Notes: generated by a model not told the origin, from the letters alone. A stretch of DNA of 64,000 bases from a virus (IMGVR_UViG_3300027754_000003:34061-98060), one strand, 5' to 3'. Counted from the first letter of the stretch, positions 36,478-44,861 are shown. Program-made: numbers and translations.

Positions 36478-37881
36478 TTAGAACTTAAACATACTGGACC
36501 AAGGGTCCGATTTTTCCCTTGCTCTTATAGCCTTATTATGTGCTTTTGCTTTTTGTTGTCTTTCAAAGGCAGGGTCGTCACGGGTAAGTTGTTTTTTACT
36601 CAATGGTTTTGGCATTGGGTTTGCGGCGGCATTAACATTAAGTTCATCGTATGCCTCCATTCCTGGAAGGGTGTTTTGAACACCAATGCCTCTTGCTGAA
36701 ACACGTTCATTATCAACGCTTAAACTTAATGAATTATCAACAGACCCAGCACCTAATCTTTCCACAAGGTCTAATGCTTCATTTTTTGCTTCCCTAACCC
36801 GTACTGGGGTGTTTGCAACATGGTGTCTGTAAAAGGCTTGCGAATAGTTAGAAACATCACCTAATCCCATTGATTCTAATTGACCATGTATTGCAGGGTT
36901 TTCATGGGTTAATTGACCTAGGTAAAGATGACGAGCAGCAGTTTGGTATTCAGGCTGTTCTTCTAGTGGTTTAACAGACCCACTTTTATTTGATTTTATT
37001 AATGCCGCCCTCTTTTTTTCTTTTATTTCCTTACCTAAACCTCCTAAGTGAGTTTTAGCAAGTTCAGTCATATCAGGTAGTGTTTCTAGAGCAGATTTAC
37101 CGCCAGTTGCTACATGCAGACGAGTAGCAGCGTATAAAGCCATTTCATGCTTATCTTTCCACCCTCTAAAGTCAGCGTGATAACCACCTGTTGAATTTGC
37201 CATCCATAGGTCGTTAAACCTTCCTGGATTTTGTGCTGGGTCAAGTGTGGGCTCACGCCTTTTTGGTGTTCCACTATCCCAACCTGGTTGTTCTGCGTAG
37301 CGGTCAGTGTACGCATCAGCAGCACCTTCAAGAATTGGTGAGGTAACTGTTCTTGTTCTTCCTGACCCTTTTTCTGCTGCATTTATTTCAAGAGACTTTG
37401 CGCTTCTACGGCTTCCTGTTCTTTCTTTTGATACATCAAAATCTTCTTTATGACCCATTTCGTGGGCAAAGGAACCAGGACCAGTATTATGCGTGTCATT
37501 ATTAGAACTTAATTGTATTTTGTGAGCACCAATCTCGTATCTTCCTGCTTTAACAGATGAAGATGTCATTGTTGTTGCATTAATTTTGTTAGGGTCTTTT
37601 AACCCAGCGACACTTGGGCTCATTACGTGTGTTGGCATATCCGTATTTTCGGCATAACTAACTGCAAGTTTTGAAGATGTGTTTAGCGCTTTAGAAATAT
37701 CACTACGGCGTTTTTCTTGTGGGTATGTTGGGTCATCTGAGGTCATAGTCCCTGTTGCAGGGTGAAACAACATTCCTTGGGGATTTTCCCATTGTTGATA
37801 AGGGTGTACAAAATCTTGAGTTTCCCCACCACCATCAGGGGTAAAGTAGGTGTTATTGAACTGTGAACCAAGAGTAGGCAT
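36478..37881 (-). CDS. Zincin-like metallopeptidase domain protein (paralog A)
   Basis: FAHEMGH plus downstream EGAAD; starts MPTLGSQFNNTY; PQGMLF. Confidence 0.65.
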   Translation of the reverse strand: MPTLGSQFNNTYFTPDGGGETQDFVHPYQQWENPQGMLFHPATGTMTSDDPTYPQEKRRSDISKALNTSSKLAVSYAENTDMPTHVMSPSVAGLKDPNKINATTMTSSSVKAGRYEIGAHKIQLSSNNDTHNTGPGSFAHEMGHKEDFDVSKERTGSRRSAKSLEINAAEKGSGRTRTVTSPILEGAADAYTDRYAEQPGWDSGTPKRREPTLDPAQNPGRFNDLWMANSTGGYHADFRGWKDKHEMALYAATRLHVATGGKSALETLPDMTELAKTHLGGLGKEIKEKKRAALIKSNKSGSVKPLEEQPEYQTAARHLYLGQLTHENPAIHGQLESMGLGDVSNYSQAFYRHHVANTPVRVREAKNEALDLVERLGAGSVDNSLSLSVDNERVSARGIGVQNTLPGMEAYDELNVNAAANPMPKPLSKKQLTRDDPAFERQQKAKAHNKAIRAREKSDPWSSMFKF

Positions 37882-37887
37882 GACTAA

Positions 37888-39528
37888 TTATAGACCAGGT
37901 AATTCTGGCTGTTCATAAACGTCACGCTTCATACCCTTCATGCTTCCTTTTCCTCGCATTGCAGAAGGGTCTGCTACTCGTGACATGTACGTTTCATGTG
38001 CTGTTTTAGCAGTTTTACCAAAACCAAGTTCATTTAGTACAGGGCGAACATGTGGCATATGTTCGTACATATGACCAAGCATTAGTTTTGTTGTTGGTAT
38101 TTCAATATTGTTATAGGAATGGGAACGATTAAATAATGTGTCTCCCAATTCTTTGCGGTTTTTCATTCCTTCTATTCGCTCAGGGTGTGCTGCTACGTGA
38201 AAACGAACAGCAGAATAAAGCGCTCGTTCTTCTGCATTCCACCTACCAAAGGTAGACGAATACCCAGTCGTACTAATATCTTTTGCACGTAGTTGTGGGT
38301 TAGTCAAATGCTTTTCAAATTGACCAGAATAGTGATGCGCCCTGTCGGATAAAGAATCTGCATACCCTTCACTAACTGGGTCATAGATGGCTATATCTAT
38401 CCCACGCCTACCTTTACTGAAGATGTCTCTTTGGTTCTCATCTCCATAAGGTTCTGTTGTGTGACCCAACTCGTGAGCAAGGGTATTAGCGTTGGCTTCG
38501 TACCCGCTTATGTTAGTACTGTGCTTATACGTGATTTTAGGTGGTTTTGTTGTATCTGGCTCATACCGTGAATGCCATGTTTGGTAGGTATACCCAAAAC
38601 CAAAGTTTTCTGGCAAGTAACCACTTTCAATTTCAATCTTTTTACCAACTGCGTGTTTTTTACCACTCTCTCCTTTAGTCGGGTACACGTTTGGTCGGTA
38701 GTTATTGTCTTTCAACCAATCCATTGCTTCAATCTCAGATACACCAAACCCACCATTAACACTTTCAATATGGTCAAATGGTTTACCTTGAATCGTGTGT
38801 CCCTCATCATTTGTCCAATGGACATCTTTTTCACCAACAAGTGAATGAATATCCCCAGGGTGTTGAACTTTCTTTCTGTATTGTGACCAAAAATTCTTAT
38901 TTGGAATAGGTTTGTCAGATGGTTCGTGTGTTGATATTTCTTCTACAACATCTGTTTTCCTTTGGCGAACCCCAACAACAATTTCGTCACCACCACGTGC
39001 ATTTGCCCAACCTGCATTCCATTCGGTTGGTTTAGTGGTAACACCTTTACCTTGTTCATACATATGTGTTGGTATATCTAAATTATTTGCTGCGTTTGCA
39101 AGTGCTACATTTTTTTCGTACCTAGTCTTAGTATCACCATAATTTGGTAAATTCTTGCGATAAGGTTTTTTAGCCACAAACCGTTCATGGGAACTATTGT
39201 AAGCATCTATTTCTTTGTTTTTTTGTATTCTGGCATCTGCTTGCTGTTGAAGTTCATCCATGCCCATTAGACGCAATGTTTTGTTAATAGCGCCCATTCG
39301 TTGCTCAGTAGGAATAGTTGGGTCGTCTTTTAGCCCCGTATAAGAGTGTGGGCTAAACAACATCCCTTGTGGACTATCAGATGTACCAAAACCATCAGCA
39401 ATTTGAGGAGTACGTTGTTCTTTTGTGGGCAATTCACCTTCTGGAGTAGCCAACTCTGTAGAAGACATAACAGACTTTGACTTGGGGTCTTCCCAGTATG
39501 TGTTGCTAAATTGCGGTCCTAAAGGCAT
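37888..39528 (-). CDS. Zincin-like metallopeptidase domain protein (paralog B)
   Basis: LAHELGH plus downstream EGYAD; starts MPLGPQFSNTY; PQGMLF; ALY.A.R.HVA shared with paralog A. Confidence 0.65.
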   Translation of the reverse strand: MPLGPQFSNTYWEDPKSKSVMSSTELATPEGELPTKEQRTPQIADGFGTSDSPQGMLFSPHSYTGLKDDPTIPTEQRMGAINKTLRLMGMDELQQQADARIQKNKEIDAYNSSHERFVAKKPYRKNLPNYGDTKTRYEKNVALANAANNLDIPTHMYEQGKGVTTKPTEWNAGWANARGGDEIVVGVRQRKTDVVEEISTHEPSDKPIPNKNFWSQYRKKVQHPGDIHSLVGEKDVHWTNDEGHTIQGKPFDHIESVNGGFGVSEIEAMDWLKDNNYRPNVYPTKGESGKKHAVGKKIEIESGYLPENFGFGYTYQTWHSRYEPDTTKPPKITYKHSTNISGYEANANTLAHELGHTTEPYGDENQRDIFSKGRRGIDIAIYDPVSEGYADSLSDRAHHYSGQFEKHLTNPQLRAKDISTTGYSSTFGRWNAEERALYSAVRFHVAAHPERIEGMKNRKELGDTLFNRSHSYNNIEIPTTKLMLGHMYEHMPHVRPVLNELGFGKTAKTAHETYMSRVADPSAMRGKGSMKGMKRDVYEQPELPGL

Positions 39529-39544
39529 GGTTAATTATAAACCA

Positions 39545-39718
39545 TTATCCTCCGTTGGAATAAAAGCCTCTACCTACAAGATTTACTGCTGGAGAGAAGT
39601 AAACAGGGCGCAACTTCTCATTACAGTCTGGACACAGACTTGTCTTCTGCTCATCGTAGATACTGCGAGTTTCCTCGTGACGATGGTTGTTTGGGCATTT
39701 ATAAGCGTATGTTGGCAT
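39545..39718 (-). CDS. FmdB-family zinc-ribbon protein, 57 aa (not in ORF track)
   Basis: MPTYAYKCPNNHRHEETRSIYDEQKTSLCPDCNEKLRPVYFSPAVNLVGRGFYSNGG. Confidence 0.85.
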   Translation of the reverse strand: MPTYAYKCPNNHRHEETRSIYDEQKTSLCPDCNEKLRPVYFSPAVNLVGRGFYSNGG

Positions 39719-39724
39719 ACTTCA

Positions 39725-39732
39725 ACTATAAT
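39725..39732. promoter_or_regulatory. Overlapping divergent -10 boxes for leaderless genes
   Basis: TATAAT (+, 39727-39732) 6 nt before ATG 39739; TATAGT (-, 39725-39730) 6 nt before ATG 39718. Confidence 0.65.
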
Positions 39733-39738
39733 TGATAA

Positions 39739-40104
39739 ATGGCGGCGCATGAGAGCATAAATGATAAGCAATTCTTTCATGGGACTACTTTTCGCTTTGG
39801 TCACATCAAAGCAGGTGACCACATTAGACCAGGGGTAGAAATTGATGCAGAACCGTACCATGATGCAGAGATGTTCCCTGAAGCAAGGCATTGGGCGCAT
39901 GCCACCCCGTTTTTATCTGCTGCTCGTAACTACGCTGAGTGGAATGCCAATGGTGACCATGAAAATGCTGCTGAGTACGACAACTATGAACCGCATGTGT
40001 TTCAAGTAGAGCCTGTAGGGGAAGCAATGCAAGACCCAAGACACCTTGCTGGTATTCGTGCAAAGAGACTTCGTGTAATACGAAGAGTGCTACCTGACGA
40101 ATAA
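39739..40104 (+). CDS. ADP-ribosyltransferase, Arr (rifampin ADP-ribosylase)-like fold
   Basis: FFHGT....GD.I.PG, HAT.....A..YA, VFQVEPVG....DP, LRVI. Confidence 0.75.
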   Translation: MAAHESINDKQFFHGTTFRFGHIKAGDHIRPGVEIDAEPYHDAEMFPEARHWAHATPFLSAARNYAEWNANGDHENAAEYDNYEPHVFQVEPVGEAMQDPRHLAGIRAKRLRVIRRVLPDE

Positions 40105-40118
40105 CCTATACTTGTTTT

Positions 40119-40607
40119 ATGCCACGAGAGCCACGAGACACACATAACAAGGAATACCCCCTTGAAAAACTAAGTCAGGTTCAATTTCGTTATTTGTACG
40201 ACAAACCCATTAGTCCTGGCGGAATGCATAGAATTAATGTTCAAGCAAGGCATTATTACCCTGCCAATAAAAAAGACCCCACAACAGGGAAATTGGTGGA
40301 AGATGCAAGTGGCAACCATGTACAAGTAGCAAAACAAAACACTTTCCACGATGCTGGGCATATGGACTGGGATGGTTCTGGGAAACTAGAAGAAATCCAC
40401 GTTGATACCAACTTTAGAAGGAAGGGTGTGGCTACAAAGATGTGGAATGTTGCCAAAGCATATTCTGCTACAAGTTCTGGTGCAATACCGCACCCAACAC
40501 ACTCTAATGAAAGAACGCTTGAAGGTGACCAATGGGCAAAGAGCACAGGTGACCCTGTACCCAAAAATGAACACCCAAGTAATTGGCCTGATGCTGAGTG
40601 GGAATAA
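40119..40607 (+). CDS. GNAT acetyltransferase
   Basis: IHVDTNFRRKGVATKMW acetyl-CoA motif; TATACT 6 nt upstream. Confidence 0.8.
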   Translation: MPREPRDTHNKEYPLEKLSQVQFRYLYDKPISPGGMHRINVQARHYYPANKKDPTTGKLVEDASGNHVQVAKQNTFHDAGHMDWDGSGKLEEIHVDTNFRRKGVATKMWNVAKAYSATSSGAIPHPTHSNERTLEGDQWAKSTGDPVPKNEHPSNWPDAEWE

Positions 40608-41011
40608 TGGCTAAAGAACACCTTTACGGCGAACAATTACAGATGTTCATGCCTGCCCGTGACTTGATGAGCGTACCTGCTGGGGACTCATGGCCCATAC
40701 TCATAGGTCACGAAAGAAGCCCTTACCCTGATGGTTTAAAGTTCCTAAAATCAATGTCTGAAGACAAGCGTACATACAACTCCAAAATTTATGACGCAAA
40801 ACAGTTAAATCGGAAAACAAACACGACATTGGAAGAAAGCATCAAAGAAAGAGGCGTAGAAGAACCTGTGTCTATAACCCACATTAAACAGTTTCCACAT
40901 AAGATGATTGCAGATGGGCATCACAGAATTGCTGTAGCGCACTCTTTAGACCCAAATATGGAGATTCCAGTAAAACATCACGCAAGTAAGTTCTGGGATG
41001 AGGAACAGTAA
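40607..41011 (+). CDS. Standalone ParB/Sulfiredoxin-like domain protein
   Basis: L.ESIKERGV..PV, IADGHHR; no HTH; TAATG-coupled to the GNAT gene. Confidence 0.8.
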   Translation: MAKEHLYGEQLQMFMPARDLMSVPAGDSWPILIGHERSPYPDGLKFLKSMSEDKRTYNSKIYDAKQLNRKTNTTLEESIKERGVEEPVSITHIKQFPHKMIADGHHRIAVAHSLDPNMEIPVKHHASKFWDEEQ

Positions 41012-41541
41012 TGGCATTAAATCCTGACCAATTTGTAACCGTTTATCGTGGTTTATCGGGTATAGACCACCCCGATGGTCTTGACCCTGAATTGATTGGT
41101 CCCCATTGGACACACATTAAAGAAGCAGCACAAGGTTTTGCTGGAAAAACAGGTTCGGTAGTTACTGCACAAGTTAATAAAAAACACTTGTTGCAAGATA
41201 GTAGCACTGGTGAAACCCACCCTGACTTATTGCACAATTATGGAATGGGATATGACATTGTGCATAAAGTATTCCCAGATGATACGGAGATGGAAACATT
41301 TGTCCAACCTGGCAACAAAGTACATATTACGCATATGGAAACGCACCCTAACAACCCAATTCGGGATAAGTGGGAGTTTAACCCCCCAATGGTTAGAGAC
41401 AGTACAAAACTATGGGCGTACACTGCAAAACCAGATGATGGACCTGAACCTGATTGGAATGTTAGTAAAAACGACCCTGAGTACGATTATAAAACAACAC
41501 ACCCTGGAGATGTTGTTGAATGGCACAAAGGAGAAGATTAG
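41011..41541 (+). CDS. Putative ADP-ribosyltransferase-fold protein
   Basis: TVYRGL, IGPHWT....A..FA, ExE (EME) before the final strands. Confidence 0.55.
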   Translation: MALNPDQFVTVYRGLSGIDHPDGLDPELIGPHWTHIKEAAQGFAGKTGSVVTAQVNKKHLLQDSSTGETHPDLLHNYGMGYDIVHKVFPDDTEMETFVQPGNKVHITHMETHPNNPIRDKWEFNPPMVRDSTKLWAYTAKPDDGPEPDWNVSKNDPEYDYKTTHPGDVVEWHKGED

Positions 41542-41581
41542 CCCTTTCAACGGCAAATTTTTTACCATCTATAATTAGTAA

Positions 41582-41755
41582 GTGGACCCTAGACACGAAA
41601 GCCCCCAATTCCGTTGGAAATCTAATACCAACCCTAAAGGGCATACCTATGTAGACGGAGAGGCTGTCAACATAGACGACCTCCATCAAGCAGCAGGGTT
41701 TACCAAGCGTGACCCACAATACCTTCTAGAGAAGCGTAAAGCAAAGAAGAAGTAA
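41582..41755 (+). CDS. Small basic protein, 57 aa, with HESPQF peptide (not in ORF track)
   Basis: MDPRHESPQFRWKSNTNPKGHTYVDGEAVNIDDLHQAAGFTKRDPQYLLEKRKAKKK; TATAAT 6 nt upstream; TAATG overlap with next gene. Confidence 0.65.
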   Translation: MDPRHESPQFRWKSNTNPKGHTYVDGEAVNIDDLHQAAGFTKRDPQYLLEKRKAKKK

Positions 41756-42180
41756 TGGCTGCACACGAACATTTAAACCCTGACCAACTTAAGGGTATAG
41801 CCGAAGCACATGGTGCTAAGTACTTTGCCAACTATCAAGACCCAGAGAAGCGTGACCGAGGCATGTGTTATGAGTATTCAGACCATTTTGGAAATTACAG
41901 TGGGATAAAAGGAGTACACAGTAAGAGTTGGGATATGGATGGCGGTGGTCATTCAATGAGCGTTGTTCCAACCACTCAAGGACCTCACGCAGTAGATTTT
42001 ACGTATATACAGTACGATAAAACAGCAAAAATGCCTATTGTTGAACATTTAGATGCTTATCGTGCTCGTGCTCATAGGGACCATAAAGAACCAAATGAAG
42101 ACCCTAAAAGGTATAAACCAGAGCACATTGATGAACACATCTACCCAAGCATGGACTGGAAACACGGGGACCCACTGTAA
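41755..42180 (+). CDS. Papain/transglutaminase-like Cys-His-Asp triad protein
   Basis: GMCYEYS, GGGH, VDFT..QYD in the canonical order and spacing. Confidence 0.6.
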   Translation: MAAHEHLNPDQLKGIAEAHGAKYFANYQDPEKRDRGMCYEYSDHFGNYSGIKGVHSKSWDMDGGGHSMSVVPTTQGPHAVDFTYIQYDKTAKMPIVEHLDAYRARAHRDHKEPNEDPKRYKPEHIDEHIYPSMDWKHGDPL

Positions 42181-42527
42181 TGGCGGCTCAAGAGCACTTA
42201 AGCGGTCAGTTGTCTATGTTCATCCCTGCACGGGAACTGATGGACTACACCGCAGGGCATACCGAGGGCTTTGGCGACAAGTACCTACTTTTGTCTGAGT
42301 CCCCTGGGGTTATCAGAGAAAAGTTGCAAGAATCTAAAGAAAAGTCATCATCGGGTCGCTACGGCAGTAAAGATAGCCTTCACGACAGTATTAGAAAAGA
42401 AGGTGTTAAATACCCAATAGCACTACGTATCCGTAAAAATGGCGTACAAATCAATGATGGTCACCACCGAGTCGTATCGGCACATGACATCAACCCAAAT
42501 ATGGAAGTACCAGTGAGGTACATGTAA
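42180..42527 (+). CDS. Standalone ParB/Sulfiredoxin-like domain protein
   Basis: LHDSIRKEGV..PI, INDGHHR, NPNMEVPV. Confidence 0.8.
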   Translation: MAAQEHLSGQLSMFIPARELMDYTAGHTEGFGDKYLLLSESPGVIREKLQESKEKSSSGRYGSKDSLHDSIRKEGVKYPIALRIRKNGVQINDGHHRVVSAHDINPNMEVPVRYM

Positions 42528-42823
42528 TGGGTAAGCGTCTTACTGCACAACAAATCATGGATAACTACCAACCTGGGGATATGTTGCGTGAAGACACCCC
42601 TGAAACCTTCTGGGCAGGCAAGTTAGAATCTGCTAAAACTACTAAAGTATCTGAGGACAAGACTTTGTACCAAGACCTTGAAGAGCGTGGTCAACAGAAG
42701 CCAGTCACTATTGGCTATAAGGGGTTTGGGTCACCGTCTATCTTAGATGGTCATCACCGTTTAGCAGCATTACACCACATGAACCCTAACCAGTTTGTGA
42801 AATACCGAAGGGTAACCCCGTAG
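42527..42823 (+). CDS. Standalone ParB/Sulfiredoxin-like domain protein
   Basis: LYQDLEERGQQKPV, ILDGHHRLAA. Confidence 0.8.
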   Translation: MGKRLTAQQIMDNYQPGDMLREDTPETFWAGKLESAKTTKVSEDKTLYQDLEERGQQKPVTIGYKGFGSPSILDGHHRLAALHHMNPNQFVKYRRVTP

Positions 42824-42988
42824 TACTAAATTTAGAGCGAAATTTAGTACAAACAGTAGCCTACTGAAGTCGGAATAGATGTGAAATAAGCCTATGTATG
42901 GGCAAAATTGATGTGTGTGTCCAATTTTTTGGGGTGGGTCTATCTAGTGGGGTGGTGCGTATTGGCTAGTGGGGGCTCCACCCCTCAC

Positions 42989-43128
42989 AACCCTCAACCT
43001 CTACTAAAGGGTGGGGGGGTCTAACCCTCAACTAGAGAGTTAGGGTTAGAGTTTGCCCAAGTCTCAACCACTACTAGAGGGTTCATCCACCGTGTATACC
43101 CCATAGTCTCTACCTACAGTAGAGGGTT
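42989..43128. repeat. Four imperfect palindromic repeats in the non-coding strand-switch region
   Basis: aaccctcaacctctactaaagggt (42989), aaccctcaactagagagttagggtt (43023), ctcaaccactactagagggtt (43063), ctctacctacagtagagggtt (43108). Confidence 0.7.
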
Positions 43129-43412
43129 ATACCATGTGGTTTAGTGTTTGGGCGAATCCTTACTGGGCATGGAGCAACGCTCAACAACGCATTAGGAGGC
43201 TCTAGGAGCGTTTGGGATGGCGTAATAGCCCAGATACAGCACTACCCCGTCTGCATCGCTCTACGAGGCTCTACGTGGGCAATCCATGCCTACTTCTGGG
43301 TCTATGGCTGGGGCATGAATCGGTATCGGGGACTAGGTGGAGCATTAGCCCTATGCCACGTGTGCCAGTAGCAACTATTCGCTGGCACAGCACCAGAACG
43401 CTCCAGATGCTC

Positions 43413-43661
43413 CTACACGCTCCAGACCGCTACAGACTCACCATTCAGCGTTACCGACTCCAGAACACGCTCACGCATCCCTACGGCATACTCCAGCGAC
43501 TCCAGATGCTCCTGTATTCCCTCCATGATGAGGATGATGTCCATGACTCCAGATGGTGAATGTCGGGCGATTCTGCACGAGTACTCAGCCAGACTCACCA
43601 GCACCATCTGGGCATCCAGTCTTTGCTCCTCGGTGTACGTGTCCACGTCATGTATGAGCAT
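43413..43661 (-). CDS. Hypothetical protein
   Basis: 82 aa helical ORF, last gene of the minus-strand early block. Confidence 0.5.
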   Translation of the reverse strand: MLIHDVDTYTEEQRLDAQMVLVSLAEYSCRIARHSPSGVMDIILIMEGIQEHLESLEYAVGMRERVLESVTLNGESVAVWSV

Positions 43662-43903
43662 CCTTCGGTATCAGAGTGTCAAGTATCTGGGCGAAAAAAT
43701 GGCTTTAGCGGCGAGATGAAATCATCAATAAAAATGGGGCTTATTTGCAGGCCGTATTCACGTCAATGGAATGCAGTTGTCACGAGCATTCGACCCACGT
43801 CATTCAATGAATCCAGTATGAATTGCCATGACTCATCATCCATGAGCATTCATTCCAGAGGCTTAGAACGCCTCCTATCGCCTGTAAATCTGGGCATAAA
43901 TGC

Positions 43904-43939
43904 AAAAAACCCCGATACCCATCAATCTGGGTATCGGGG
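43904..43939 (-). terminator. Intrinsic terminator
   Basis: ccccgataccca-gattga-tgggtatcgggg followed by tttttt on the minus strand. Confidence 0.85.
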
Positions 43940-43958
43940 CTCGTGCAGAGCGATTGAC

Positions 43959-44792
43959 TCACCAGATGTCAGAGCCCTCCGCACACTTCGCACCCATGCC
44001 ACGCTTCCGTGATTCATCATCGGTCAGGATGCGATTGCAATGAAAACATCTGCCGAGATTCTGGGCGAATTGCATCTGGGCTTCATCCCATTGGGCTGAG
44101 TCCATTGCTTCAATCGCATCCATCACACGCTTCGCCTCGGTGAGTGACATGACTGGCGAATTGCTTGTGTCCTCGTGGTGAAATGCTCCACCAACGATTC
44201 GCTTCAGAACGTAAATCGTTCCCGACTTCCGCCTGCTCACAACGAAACCATAGAAATCCAAATCGTTGTTGCCCGTGTGCGATGGCAATGCGAAGTAAGC
44301 ATCGCCATCCAAATCTGCACACGCTTCAGCGATGAATGCTTCAACACGCTTCGCAAGAATTGATGAAGGCTTCGCAGGCTCAATGCACTCACCCTTCAGA
44401 TGCCACGTGCTCCATCCACTCTGACTCATCACGGCGAGTCCACTCATGTAAGCGACATCATGTCCGCAGAGTTCGCATGACTTCGCAAACTTATTTTGGA
44501 TGATGCGTGTCATTCCAGATGTTCCTGCATCAACGATGTGCGAACAGTCGTACGAGTAGAACACTTCGCTTTGCGATGACTTCGCAGGAGTGATGACATC
44601 AACAGGCTTGTCCTTCAATTCTGAAATCAATTTGCTCGCCTGTGACTTGGTGATGTTCGCATTCTTGGATTCAATCCACGACTTCGCAGATTCAATCGTT
44701 GGCTCAATGCCGAACAACGATGCACGTTGTGACATGAGCGTGAGCAGAAACTTCATCTGCGGTTCGGTGATTGGTTCGGTACTTACTGACAT
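43959..44792 (-). CDS. DUF6011 Zn-finger domain protein
   Basis: C-terminal GRCFHCNRILTDDESRKRGMGAKC; N-terminal T..Q..FL..L; GGAGG SD. Confidence 0.75.
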   Translation of the reverse strand: MSVSTEPITEPQMKFLLTLMSQRASLFGIEPTIESAKSWIESKNANITKSQASKLISELKDKPVDVITPAKSSQSEVFYSYDCSHIVDAGTSGMTRIIQNKFAKSCELCGHDVAYMSGLAVMSQSGWSTWHLKGECIEPAKPSSILAKRVEAFIAEACADLDGDAYFALPSHTGNNDLDFYGFVVSRRKSGTIYVLKRIVGGAFHHEDTSNSPVMSLTEAKRVMDAIEAMDSAQWDEAQMQFAQNLGRCFHCNRILTDDESRKRGMGAKCAEGSDIW

Positions 44793-44861
44793 GGTGACCT
44801 CCTCTGGTCATTTGGGTTGATTGAACAGTACAGATATTTTGGGCGAAATTGGTGCTGGGTC

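Noticed and set aside
39739-40104. Rifampin resistance gene arr
   Set aside because: The fold motifs match, but the protein is short and divergent and sits in a phage effector-like context; the substrate cannot be assigned from sequence
40607-42823. ParABS partition system or plasmid-prophage lifestyle
   Set aside because: The ParB-like proteins lack DNA-binding domains and no ParA is present in the window
43144-44012. Plus-strand ORFs 43144-43371, 43212-43559 and 43560-44012
   Set aside because: No SD or leaderless -10 box, atypical composition, and they overlap a minus-strand gene and terminator
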